The translations under genes and the position numbers were made by a program. The notes under the pieces are model-generated. The model was not told the DNA's origin. It saw only the letters and a list, made by a program, of their open reading frames with translations, and made no database searches. From Acidobacteriota bacterium (GTDB lineage Bacteria > Acidobacteriota > Thermoanaerobaculia > UBA5066 > Gp7-AA6): 64,000 nucleotides of DNA. Below are positions 27,516 through 36,522 of the stretch, in pieces; position 1 is the stretch's first letter; each line of letters starts with the position of its first letter. Location: the NCBI GenBank assembly GCA_020199905.1, contig JAIVJS010000001.1:61069-125068 (forward strand), in the 5' to 3' direction.

Positions 27516-28380
27516 CCTCGCGTGGGAACACTCCGAGCCGAACGAGCTCGGCACGGAACTCGTACCTGACGGCGATGCGGGCCGCGGGAACCGGGTCCTC
27601 GTCGAAGGAGATCCACTGGACCGCGAACGGCGTGCGGTCCCCGATCCCGGTGGCCGCGAAGGAATCTGACTCGCGATCCTTCGCGGGCGGACGCGCGCCG
27701 GGCTTATCACGGCTCATCTTCGCGGAGCGGGAGTCGAGGACAGGCGCTTCGCCGCTGACCGTGCTCTCGGAACGGGAGCCGGCAGATTCGTTCGTGGCGG
27801 ACGGATCTGCCGGCATACCGCCTTCGATCCCCCCCTCGACCGCCCTTTCGTCGGATGGAAGATCCACACGATCCCGCTGCCGACGCCGCGGTGCAATCGG
27901 GACCGCGACAGCGGGACGCCGCTCTCGGAAGAACACGGCCTCGATCGTGCCGGCGTTGGAGGTGTCGCCGAGCCACTGCGCGTAGGACCGGCGGGTCTCG
28001 GTGAAGAAGAAACGGCGCGAGGTTTCACCCGAGATCTGCCAGCCCGGGATGTCGGCGGTCTGCCCCGGCATCAGGATCCATTTCGTGGCTTTGCCCGCGC
28101 TCGTCCGCTTCGCGTCGATGACGTTGCGTCCGTCCACGGAGAGGGCGACGGCGACGCGTTCGGACGTCGGGTTGGACAGCCGCACGGAGAACGTCCTCCC
28201 CTTGAGCGCCTCGATGTAGATGCGCCCGCGGGCGGAATACTCCGGAGCGGGGGACCCGTCGACGAGCACGGTGACGGACCAGGGGGCGTAGCCCGAGGCA
28301 GACGCGACCCGAGCGCCGCCCAGGGCAAGACCCAGTCCCAGACCCGCGAACAACAGCATCTTCTCCCGGTGCAGCTTCAT
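27442..28380 (-). CDS. Secreted hypothetical protein, first gene of the ECF sigma operon
   Basis: ATG at 28380 with GAGGAGG 6 nt upstream. Signal peptide MKLHREKMLLFAGLGLGLALGGARVASA. No recognizable domain. Its 3' end overlaps the sigma gene start by about 70 nt. Confidence 0.55.
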   Translation of the reverse strand: MKLHREKMLLFAGLGLGLALGGARVASASGYAPWSVTVLVDGSPAPEYSARGRIYIEALKGRTFSVRLSNPTSERVAVALSVDGRNVIDAKRTSAGKATKWILMPGQTADIPGWQISGETSRRFFFTETRRSYAQWLGDTSNAGTIEAVFFRERRPAVAVPIAPRRRQRDRVDLPSDERAVEGGIEGGMPADPSATNESAGSRSESTVSGEAPVLDSRSAKMSRDKPGARPPAKDRESDSFAATGIGDRTPFAVQWISFDEDPVPAARIAVRYEFRAELVRLGVFPREDELYARDRGRGFEREYAPDPHRDR

Positions 28381-28401
28381 GCTTTGAGCCTCCTCGGGGA
28401 A

Positions 28402-28431
28402 GTGGGACACCTCAATTCGCTCGAGGTTCCC
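28402..28431 (-). promoter_or_regulatory. Candidate ECF-type promoter (GGAACC-N17-GTC) upstream of the secreted-protein/sigma/anti-sigma operon
   Basis: On the minus strand, GGGAACC-tcgagcgaattgaggt-GTCCCAC ends about 20 nt upstream of the SD for the ATG at 28380. This matches the AAC / GTC pattern of autoregulated ECF promoters. Confidence 0.25.
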
Positions 28432-28500
28432 GCCATTCTGCGGCCTTTTCCCGGATTCCGGGGATTCGAGACGTTTCCGTGATCCCATCGGAACCGAAAA

Positions 28501-28532
28501 CTGACAGCCGACAGCTGACAGCTGAGAGCTAC
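28501..28532 (-). repeat. Heptamer array (CTCTCAG CTGTCAG CTGTCGG CTGTCAG on the minus strand) immediately after the NDH-2 stop
   Basis: Plus strand reads ctgacag ccgacag ctgacag ctgagag; its orientation matches the coding strand of the upstream (minus-strand) gene. Confidence 0.6.
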
Positions 28533-29788
28533 TTTCTCCGCGGCTCCTCGAGCCGCCCCGTGATCAGGCGGGCGCCGCGCTGGTCCGTCAGGTAGGCCCA
28601 GGCCCACTCGAACATGACGACGAAGCGGTTGCGAAAGCCGATCAGGAAGAAGATGTGGACGAAGCACCAGACGAGCCAGGCGGCGAGACCGGAGAGACGG
28701 ACCCCCGCGATCTCCGCGACCGCCTGGGCGCGTCCGATCACGGCCATGCTTCCCTTGTCGCGGAAGTGAAACGCCCGGAGAGGCTGGCCCGACCGGGCGA
28801 GCACGATGTTCTTCGCCGCGTGCCGGCCCTGCTGGATGGCGGCCGGGGACGTTCCCGGAAGCAGCGTTCCGCCCTGGTGAAGAAAGGCTGCCAGGTCGCC
28901 GATCACCGAAATCTCGGGGTGACCGGGGATCGTGAGATCGGGCTCCACGAGGACGCGCCCCGCCCGGTCGAGCGGGACTCCCAGCGACCGCGCGAGAGGG
29001 GACGCGGCGACGCCGGCGGCCCAGAGGACGGTCCCCGCCGCCAGCGACTCTCCCGCGACACGGACTTCGTTCTCGCGGATGTCCTCGACCGCGTGCCCCG
29101 TTCTGACCTCCACTCCTTTGCGGGTGAGGACGGCCTGGGCCTTCGTGGAGGTCTCGGGCGTGTAGGCGGGCAGGATGCGCGGACCCGCCTCGACCAGGAC
29201 GATCCGCGCCTCGCGCGGGTCGATCGCGCGAAAGTCCCGGACCAGCACTTCCCTCGAGATCTCGGCGATCGCCCCTGAGAGCTCGACGCCGGTCGGGCCC
29301 GCTCCGACGACCACGAAGGTCAAGAGCCGCTTCCGTTTTTCCGGGTCCGGCTCCCGCTCCGCGCGCTCAAAGGCGAGCAGAATTTCCCGGCGGATCTCGA
29401 GCGCGTCTTCCAGGCTCTTCAGGCCCGGCGCAAACGGCTCCCAGTCGTCACGCCCGAAATAGGAATGGCGCGCGCCCGTGGCGACGATCAGGTAGTCGTA
29501 GGGGAGCCGCCCGTCGGCGAGCACGACCTCCCGGCTGTCCGGTTCGATCGAGACCGCGTCCGCGAGGAGCACCTCCGCGTTGCGCTGGTGGCGGAGGATC
29601 GCGCGGATCGGATACGCGATGTCGCCGGGGGAGACCACCGCGGTGGCGACCTGGTAGAGGAGCGGCTGGAAGAGGTGATGGTTCCGGCGGTCCACGACGG
29701 TGACCCGGACCGGCGCGCCGTCGAGCGCGCGCGCCGCCGTGAGACCTCCGAAGCCCGCCCCGATCACGATGACGCGCGGATCCTCCAT
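28529..29788 (-). CDS. ndh: Type II NADH:quinone oxidoreductase (NDH-2), FAD-dependent pyridine nucleotide-disulfide oxidoreductase
   Basis: FAD-binding motif VIVIGAGFGGLTAARAL, a second NAD(P)-binding motif (VVVGAGPTGVELSGAIA), and C-terminal amphipathic membrane helices. Confidence 0.8.
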   Translation of the reverse strand: MEDPRVIVIGAGFGGLTAARALDGAPVRVTVVDRRNHHLFQPLLYQVATAVVSPGDIAYPIRAILRHQRNAEVLLADAVSIEPDSREVVLADGRLPYDYLIVATGARHSYFGRDDWEPFAPGLKSLEDALEIRREILLAFERAEREPDPEKRKRLLTFVVVGAGPTGVELSGAIAEISREVLVRDFRAIDPREARIVLVEAGPRILPAYTPETSTKAQAVLTRKGVEVRTGHAVEDIRENEVRVAGESLAAGTVLWAAGVAASPLARSLGVPLDRAGRVLVEPDLTIPGHPEISVIGDLAAFLHQGGTLLPGTSPAAIQQGRHAAKNIVLARSGQPLRAFHFRDKGSMAVIGRAQAVAEIAGVRLSGLAAWLVWCFVHIFFLIGFRNRFVVMFEWAWAYLTDQRGARLITGRLEEPRRK

Positions 29789-29793
29789 CGCGG

Positions 29794-32667
29794 TCAGCGC
29801 GCGAAGACGTCCTCCACCGGCGTGACGCGGACCGCTTCCGCCCGGACGGCCAGCTTCCGCGCCCCGATCGCCTTGTCCTCGTCGAGGAGCTCCTTCGGCT
29901 TGTCGGCGTCGTACTGGATCGGAGAGAACGCGTCGGCGACAAGCCTGTCCCGAAGGCCGGCCGCGTCCTTCGTCACGATCACGAAGGAGAGGTCTTTGAA
30001 CGAGAAGTGCCGGCGGATCGCGGCGTTGACGTCCTCGAGCTTCAGGGCGGCAAGCCTCTCGCGCATCGTCGCGGCAAACTCGCCCGTCCCGTAGAACTTC
30101 GAGTCGAGGGCGTAACCGAGCTGCTGGTTCTGCGTGGCGGTCATCACGAACACGTTCTTGCGCAGGTAGCCGCGCGTCTTCTCGAAGTCCTCGGCGGACA
30201 TGCCGTTCTCCACGAGCTTCTGCAACTCGTGCAGAGCCAGGCGAATCGCCATGTGAGCGTTGACCGGTACGACGGGACGGATCCAGACCTCGAAGAGCTG
30301 CGCGCGCCGAGCGACATTGGGATTGGGAAGCATCGCGAACATGCCGCCCGGGAACGCCTCGATGTACGCGTAGTCGCCGTAGTTCATCCCCCGCGCCTCG
30401 CGCAGCCGCTGGTAGAGGTGCGAGGTGGAGGAGCGGTGCTCGCCGAGCCAGGCGCGGGCGATCGACAACGCGGCAAAATCCGGGTGCGACCGGGTGACCT
30501 CAATCGGCCGTCCGAAGGAGATCGCCGTGGCGCGCGTGTCCTTCTCGATGATCTGGAACTCGAGGCCGCTCGGCTTGCGCCCCGCGATCTCGATCCGGGG
30601 AGCCGCCGTTCCTTCGGGCAGCTTCGAGAGCTCGGAGTTCAACCGCGCCAGAAGCTCGTCCGGGACGGCTCCGTTTGCGCCGATCGTCAGGTTGCCTCGC
30701 GTGTAGAACGATTTCCAGAACGCGCGGACGTCGTCGGGGGTCAGAGCGCCGATCCCCGCGAGCGTGCCCAGTACGGGATGCCCGTACGGGGTTCCGGCGA
30801 AGAGGTCGTTCTGAAGGGCCTCCTTGGCGAGCTCCTCCTCGTTGTCCGAGCGGAGGTCCTGCCTCAGGGCGTTGCGCTGTCCGTCCCGCACGCGCTGGAA
30901 GTCGTCGTCGCGCATTCCGGGATCGAGCAGCATCGGCAGGACGATGTCGAGAAAGGGCTTCCAGTTGTCCCGGTGGATGCGCAGCGTGAAGGTCGCCAAT
31001 TCCTTGTCCGTCTGCGCGGAGAAGCCCCCGGCGATCGGATAGAAGGCCTTCCGGATCTCGTCGATCCGCATCGCCTTCGACCCCGCGTCGGACACCATTG
31101 AGGCGGCAAGGGCGGCCAGGCCTTCCTTGCCCTTGGGATCGCGCGCCGAACCGGCCTGGAACTGGAGCTTGACCATCAGCTGCGGCAGCTCCGACTTCTG
31201 CAGGATCACCGGGACATCGGAGGCGGCCGCGGCTGCGCCTCGCGAATCGGCCGGCGCGAAAGATGCGAGCGACGGAGTGGTCGAAATGGCCGCCGGCATT
31301 GCCTCCTGGGACAGGGTGGTCACGACGAGGCGCGGGTCGGTGAAGTACCTGTTCGCGGCCGACTGAAGATCGGCGGGCGTCAGGGTGGAGAGCCGCCGGT
31401 AGAACGCGTTCAACGTCGAATACGAGCGGCGATATCGCACGAAGCGGGCGAGAGTCGAAGCGATCGTGTCGGTATTGTCGAGAGTGCGGGCGAAGGAATA
31501 CCGCACGTTGGACTTGGCCTCGCGCAGGCGGTCCTCCGACACCGGCGTCGCCCGGGCCGCCGCCATCGTCTTCAGGATCGCGTCCCGGACGGCGGCTGCG
31601 TCTCCGATCTTCTTCACCCGCGCCGAGATGACCGGCAGCTCCGGGTCGATGTTGGTCGGCTTGAACGCCGCGAGCTGGTCGACGATCTGCTCCTGCTGCA
31701 CGAGGCGCCTGTACAGGTCGGAAGTCGGGCCGAAATACAGGTCGAAGAGCATGTGGATCGAGGCGAAGTCGGGCTCCGTCTCCGAGAACGCGGGACCGTG
31801 GAAGCCGACCCAGACGATGGGAAGCGTCGGGCTCGTCCAGGGAACGTGGGCATAGACGGGGCCGCGAGGGGCCGGCTCAGCGGGGATGGGGACGTCGTTG
31901 GGGCCGCCCTTCCAGCCGCCCCAGTATTTCTCGACCAGCCTCAGGACCTCGGGAGGATTCACGTCTCCGGCGACGATGACGGTCGTGTAGGCCGGCCGGT
32001 ACCAGCGCCTGAAGAATGTCTTCGAGTAGTCGAACTGGTTCGGCATGTCCTCGATGTCCTTGATGTAGCCCATCGTGGTGTGCCGGTAGGTGTGCGTCGA
32101 GAAGGCGCTCTCCCGCTGCACTTCCTCCATCTTCGAAAAGGGGTTGGCGCTGTTCTTGTTGTACTCGCCGAGAATGGCGCGCGCCTCCGTCTTGAATCCT
32201 TCGACGGAGTAGTCGAGGTTCTGGAAACGGTCCGCCTCGACCTCGAGCATCGTCTCCAGGTCTTCCTTGGAAAACGTCGTGTAGTAGTTGGTGAAGTCGT
32301 CGGACGTGGAGGCGTTCTGGCGGGCCCCGACGCGCGTCAAAATCGCCTGGTACTTCTCCGCCGGGTACGCCTTCGTTCCGCGAAACATCATGTGCTCGAA
32401 GAAGTGCGCGAACCCCGACTTGCCGGGCTCGACTTCGTTCCGGGAGCCCGTCTGCACCGGGATCTGCAGGGACACGATGTTCGGAAATCCGGTGGGAACG
32501 ACGATGACCTTCAGGCCGTTCGGCAGGGTCTTCTCGACGGCGGCGAAAGGGAGCACGTCGCTCGAGGGCGTCTTGCCCGCCGTCGTGCCTCGGGTCCTGG
32601 GAGCCGGAGACGCATTGGCCGCCATCACGGCCAGCAGAATAAAGGCAAGCGCGCGGAATCGCCGCAT
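29794..32667 (-). CDS. M16 family (pitrilysin/insulinase-like) zinc peptidase, tandem double-domain, secreted
   Basis: Signal peptide MRRFRALAFILLAVMAANA. Inverted zinc motif HFFEHMMF (HxxEH). 957 aa, consistent with two M16 active/inactive domain pairs. Confidence 0.85.
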   Translation of the reverse strand: MRRFRALAFILLAVMAANASPAPRTRGTTAGKTPSSDVLPFAAVEKTLPNGLKVIVVPTGFPNIVSLQIPVQTGSRNEVEPGKSGFAHFFEHMMFRGTKAYPAEKYQAILTRVGARQNASTSDDFTNYYTTFSKEDLETMLEVEADRFQNLDYSVEGFKTEARAILGEYNKNSANPFSKMEEVQRESAFSTHTYRHTTMGYIKDIEDMPNQFDYSKTFFRRWYRPAYTTVIVAGDVNPPEVLRLVEKYWGGWKGGPNDVPIPAEPAPRGPVYAHVPWTSPTLPIVWVGFHGPAFSETEPDFASIHMLFDLYFGPTSDLYRRLVQQEQIVDQLAAFKPTNIDPELPVISARVKKIGDAAAVRDAILKTMAAARATPVSEDRLREAKSNVRYSFARTLDNTDTIASTLARFVRYRRSYSTLNAFYRRLSTLTPADLQSAANRYFTDPRLVVTTLSQEAMPAAISTTPSLASFAPADSRGAAAAASDVPVILQKSELPQLMVKLQFQAGSARDPKGKEGLAALAASMVSDAGSKAMRIDEIRKAFYPIAGGFSAQTDKELATFTLRIHRDNWKPFLDIVLPMLLDPGMRDDDFQRVRDGQRNALRQDLRSDNEEELAKEALQNDLFAGTPYGHPVLGTLAGIGALTPDDVRAFWKSFYTRGNLTIGANGAVPDELLARLNSELSKLPEGTAAPRIEIAGRKPSGLEFQIIEKDTRATAISFGRPIEVTRSHPDFAALSIARAWLGEHRSSTSHLYQRLREARGMNYGDYAYIEAFPGGMFAMLPNPNVARRAQLFEVWIRPVVPVNAHMAIRLALHELQKLVENGMSAEDFEKTRGYLRKNVFVMTATQNQQLGYALDSKFYGTGEFAATMRERLAALKLEDVNAAIRRHFSFKDLSFVIVTKDAAGLRDRLVADAFSPIQYDADKPKELLDEDKAIGARKLAVRAEAVRVTPVEDVFAR

Positions 32668-33308
32668 GGAAGCTCCTGTAAGAAGGGGAGAAGCTATCAG
32701 CTCTCAACCGCCGGCTTTCCGCGGTTCCGGACGGTCAGGTGGTCCGTTCCTGTCTTCGCGATCGACCGCCTGCGCCAGCTGGCGTCCGGGGGCGTGATCG
32801 GCGGAACGACCGCTTTCATTTCTCGATGGCGTTCAGGCGGCAGGTCGCAGAGATTCGGAAGACGACGATTCCGGCGCTCGTTCGCGCGGGTCGACAAGGT
32901 TCGGCCGGAGGCTGTCATCCTGACCCGTGGCTGACGGTTCTGCCACCGCACGGTCGTGCCGGTGCAGCGCGCGATAAAATGATGCATCCCGACCGGGGTG
33001 ATCACCGTCGAGCCGGAAAAAAGCCGTCAGGCGCGACCACCGCGGGCGCTCCAAAAGACAGGTTGTCCGGGTCTCGGTCGGCCCGGACGTCCCAACGATC
33101 AAGAGAGCTCCCCAACGATCGAGAGCCCACCGGGCGATCCTGCGGGACGCCCGGCCGGTGCTCACCTCTCCCGGGGGAACCCGGGGAAATTGAGCTCCGG
33201 AGTACGAAAAGGCCATCCTGGACGGTGGTTTCACGCCTGTGATCCAATATTCCCTGTTTCGAGTTAACCGGGTAACCCCCGGGTCTTTGGCGAAACAGGA
33301 GATCCATC

Positions 33309-33447
33309 ATGTCGTCGAACCCCACTCCCGTACGTGTTCCGGAGCGTCAGCCCGCGTCGAATCTGCCCGGTACGTCAAATTCGTCTTCAAAAGAGAACGA
33401 GAAGGCCTGGCGGCCGATTCGCATCGTCAGCAGCGTCCCGACCTAGG
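33309..33447 (+). CDS. Small hydrophilic ORF (46 aa) with a strong Shine-Dalgarno
   Basis: AGGAG 7 nt upstream of the ATG (aaacAGGAGatccatcATG). Encodes MSSNPTPVRVPERQPASNLPGTSNSSSKENEKAWRPIRIVSSVPT. Below the track's length cutoff. Lies at the edge of the lower-GC islet. Confidence 0.25.
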
Positions 33448-33518
33448 TTTTCCCGAGCGCCGCGTTGACGGGGCAAGTGCCCCCGTGTAACCTGCCGCTT
33501 CGGCAAAGGTCCGAATCG

Positions 33519-33857
33519 ATGACGGAACTGCCCGACAGCGTGAAATCGATGTTCGAAACGACGCAGCCGGTGGTGCGTTCTTTGTTCCGTTTTTATTTCG
33601 GATTGACTGACGTCGAAAGCGAGACCGGGGAGATCGAATTGCAGAACTGGCTTGGCCGGTTTACGAGACGGCGCTCTTGCGGAGAGACCCCGACGAGAGT
33701 GATTCGCCGCGCTCTTCTCGCCGCTGCCTGCCGCTATGGACTCTCCCGGACAGGTCTATCTCATCCGGTCATCGCGGAAGGCACGCACCCGCGACAGCCT
33801 TTCGCCGGAACGAACGACCTCGCTTTCGAACTGGATCAGGAGCGCGCCACGTGGTAG
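33519..33857 (+). CDS. Hypothetical protein (112 aa), lower-GC islet
   Basis: ATG at 33519 (MTELPDSVKSMFETTQPVVRSLFRFYFGLTDVESETGEIELQNWLGRF...). Codon usage is atypical for this window (TTT, TAT, TTG, ACT present). Confidence 0.45.
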   Translation: MTELPDSVKSMFETTQPVVRSLFRFYFGLTDVESETGEIELQNWLGRFTRRRSCGETPTRVIRRALLAAACRYGLSRTGLSHPVIAEGTHPRQPFAGTNDLAFELDQERATW

Positions 33858-34963
33858 CGGGAAGGGTTCTCGCCTTTCGTCTTCGACGCGATCCCGCGCC
33901 CGATCAATTCGCGGCCGCACAGGGGATTTTCGCGCTGTCGTTCGAGGATCGGATCTCGAGAGCTGCGGAGCTGAAACTGGACGATCCCGAAATTCTTTTG
34001 GCCGTCTCCGGGGCGCTTCGCGAGGGGATCGAGGGCTCCCCCTCGCCGACCCTTACCGAGGCGGACTTCTTTTATCGGTATCTCGAAAAGCCGCGGCGCC
34101 CGATCGGCCTCTTCGACGAACGTGAGTATTTCCTCGGCGAGATCGCTCTTCTGGCGGGCTCCGCGGCGCGTATTCTTGGAAGACACGAGGAAGCGCGCCG
34201 CTGGTTGGATCGAGCCGATTCAAATTTCCGGCTGACGGTCAACGCCGTCGCTGAAACGGCGCGAGTGTCCTATCAGCGCCTGACCCTTTCGATTCAGGAG
34301 AGGCAATTCGCCGTCGTACTGGAGCTTGTCCCTTCCCTCGCCGAGTGCTTCACGCGTCAGGAAATGCATCAGGACGCCCTGAAGTGCTTTTTCCTGGAGG
34401 CGATCGCGTACAAAGAGACGGGGGAGTGGTCAGAGGCTCTTTCGAGATTCGAGGCCCTCGCAGAAAAATGCGAAGTGGCGGGAAACGACAAGATGCGCGC
34501 TTCCGCGTATGTCAATCTGATCCAACTCCATTCGGAGAACGGCAACGAGGCCGAGGCGCTCGAACTGTCGAAGGGAACGCTCTCGCTTCTGAGGCAGTTG
34601 GGAAACCGTGTCGATGAAGCGAAGGTTCATTGGGGCATCTCGATGTTGCTGCGGCAGAAAGGCCGCTACGAAGAGGCTCTCGAAAGCTTCCGTTCCTGTG
34701 ATGAGAAATACCTGGCTCTCGAGATGTTCCCCGACTCGGCTGCCACCCGGCTGGTGATGGCCGACCTCCTTTTAGAGCGGGGACGGGATGCGGAGGCCAC
34801 TGCGGCAATCCTCTCGGCTCTCCCGATCATCGAGAAGTACGAGATGATTCCAGAAGGAACGGCGGCCCTGGTGCTTTTGCGCGAATCCGCTCGCGTGAAC
34901 CAGGTGAACCGGGGAGCTCTTCGAGAAGTGCACGGCTACTTCGACCAGCTTTCCGAGCGATAG
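33851..34963 (+). CDS. Tetratricopeptide-repeat protein
   Basis: Multiple TPR-like helical pairs (EEALESFRSCDEKYLALEMF..., EATAAILSALPIIEKY...). A GTG at 33851 overlaps the upstream stop. The track's Arg-rich N-terminal 58 codons are an overlap artefact. GC is about 57-60%, against about 70% elsewhere. Confidence 0.6.
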   Translation: MVAGRVLAFRLRRDPAPDQFAAAQGIFALSFEDRISRAAELKLDDPEILLAVSGALREGIEGSPSPTLTEADFFYRYLEKPRRPIGLFDEREYFLGEIALLAGSAARILGRHEEARRWLDRADSNFRLTVNAVAETARVSYQRLTLSIQERQFAVVLELVPSLAECFTRQEMHQDALKCFFLEAIAYKETGEWSEALSRFEALAEKCEVAGNDKMRASAYVNLIQLHSENGNEAEALELSKGTLSLLRQLGNRVDEAKVHWGISMLLRQKGRYEEALESFRSCDEKYLALEMFPDSAATRLVMADLLLERGRDAEATAAILSALPIIEKYEMIPEGTAALVLLRESARVNQVNRGALREVHGYFDQLSER

Positions 34964-35027
34964 CACCCGGGCGCGGTACCGACGACACGAATCGTCCGCC
35001 ACAGCGTGAGCGGGGGTTTCGCTCCCT

Positions 35028-36408
35028 TCACCGTGACGCGTCGGAAGCCAGCGCCGCAGTCTTGATCCCAGCCGGCGGAGTCGTGGCGGCGATCCGCCCC
35101 GCCTGACGGACGATCCCCCGGAGCATTCCGGCGAACATGCGGCGGTGGATCGGGTAGAGCGCCCACCAGTAAGCCAGGCCCGGCAGGCCGAAAGGGTCGA
35201 AGATCGCCGTCTGCCGGATCTCCGTGCCGCCCGCCGCCGGGCTGGTTTCAAACTGGAGCCAGGCGCGGCCCGGCAGCTTCATCTCCGCGGCGAGGCGCAG
35301 CAGCCGGCCGGGCTCGACCGCCTCGACCCGCCAGAAATCCAGCGGGTCGCCCGGGTAGAGCGCGTCGGGGTCTCGGCGTCCGCGGCGCAGGCCGACGCCA
35401 CCGGCCAGAAGATCGAGGAAGCCGCGGATTTTCCAGAGCGAGTCTGCGTAGTACCACCCGGTGTCGCCGCCGATCCGGCGCAGGGCGGAAAACGCGGTGT
35501 CGGGGTCCACGGGAGCGAGGGCCGCCCGGCTGTCGACGAGCCGCGAGCCGACGCGCCGGTTGCCGCCGCGCCCCTCGGCGAGCCCCGACGCCGAAAAGGC
35601 GTCGCTCCACCTCGTCTCCGCGAGATCCTTTTCCTCCCGGACGAGGGCGCGCGCGATCGCCTCCCGGACGCCGCGCGGCCGGATCGGAAAGGCCGCCGCG
35701 GCCGCTTCCGGGTGCTCGACGACGGTGCGATTGCGAAGGCTGTCGATCAGCGCGCGCCCGACGCGCGCGTACAGAGGCGTCACGAGGCCGAGCCAGAGAC
35801 TCGACAGCCGCGGGGTGAGGAGAGGAACGGGGATCAGACGCCGGCGCAGCCCTCTCTGCCGCGAGTACTCCCGCATGAGCTCCCCGTAGTTCACGCGATC
35901 CGGGCCGCCGATCTCGTAGATTCCCTCCGTGCCGGGGGGGAGATCGAGTGCGTCGAGGAGATAGGCGATCACGTCCTCGACCGCTATGGGCTGGGTCAAG
36001 ACGGACACCCAGCGCGGGCAGATCATCACAGGAAGCCGCTCGACGAGCGCGCGGATCATCTCGAAGGACAGGCTGCCCGAGCCGATCACGACGGAGGCGC
36101 GGAACTCGACGACAGGAACCCCGGAACCCCGAAGCGTGTCGCCCGTCGCCTGGCGGCTCCGGAGATGCTCCGAGAGATCCGCCGCCGGCTCGCCCAGGCC
36201 GCCGAGATAAACGATCCGGCGGACGCGGGCCGCCTTCGCCGCCGCGCCGAAATTCGCCGCGGCATCCCGGTCGCGGCGGGCGAAGTCTTCGCCCGAGCCC
36301 ATCGAGTGTACGAGGTAGTACGCCGCCGCGCGCCTCGAGCGCCGGACGCAGCCGCCCGCCCACATACCCCGTCGCGCCGGTCAGAAGCACGTGCTGCACA
36401 GGCCGCAT
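35028..36408 (-). pseudogene. NAD(P)-binding epimerase/SDR-like protein with C-terminal DUF2867, disrupted by an internal deletion plus frameshift
   Basis: The N-terminus MRPVQHVLLTGATGYVGGRLRPALEARG (GxxGxxG) is in the frame of ORF 35248..37338. It is fused with a +1 shift directly onto AAAYYLVHSMGSGEDFARRDRDAAANFGAAAKAARVRRIVYLGGLG... in the frame of ORF 35028..36365. Homologs carry about 40-45 residues between these two segments. Confidence 0.55.
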
Positions 36409-36522
36409 CGTATGGCCCGGCGGCGACATCCCGAACATCCGTCCATGTCCCGGGGGCTTGACGCTCGACGCGGGACGCGCCACGCTCAACCCCCGTCCCT
36501 TCCGGGCGCATATCCTCACGCC

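Noticed and set aside
33239-33490. Track ORF 33239..33490 (+, 83 aa) overlapping the small SD-led ORF
   Set aside because: No SD, low GC3, and it overlaps the better-supported 33309..33447 ORF in another frame. Neither is strongly supported, so I kept only the SD-led one at low confidence.
35145-36461. Track ORF 35145..36461 (+, 438 aa) and 36086..36799 (-)
   Set aside because: Arg-rich antisense or alternate frames of the DUF2867 pseudogene. No domain signal.
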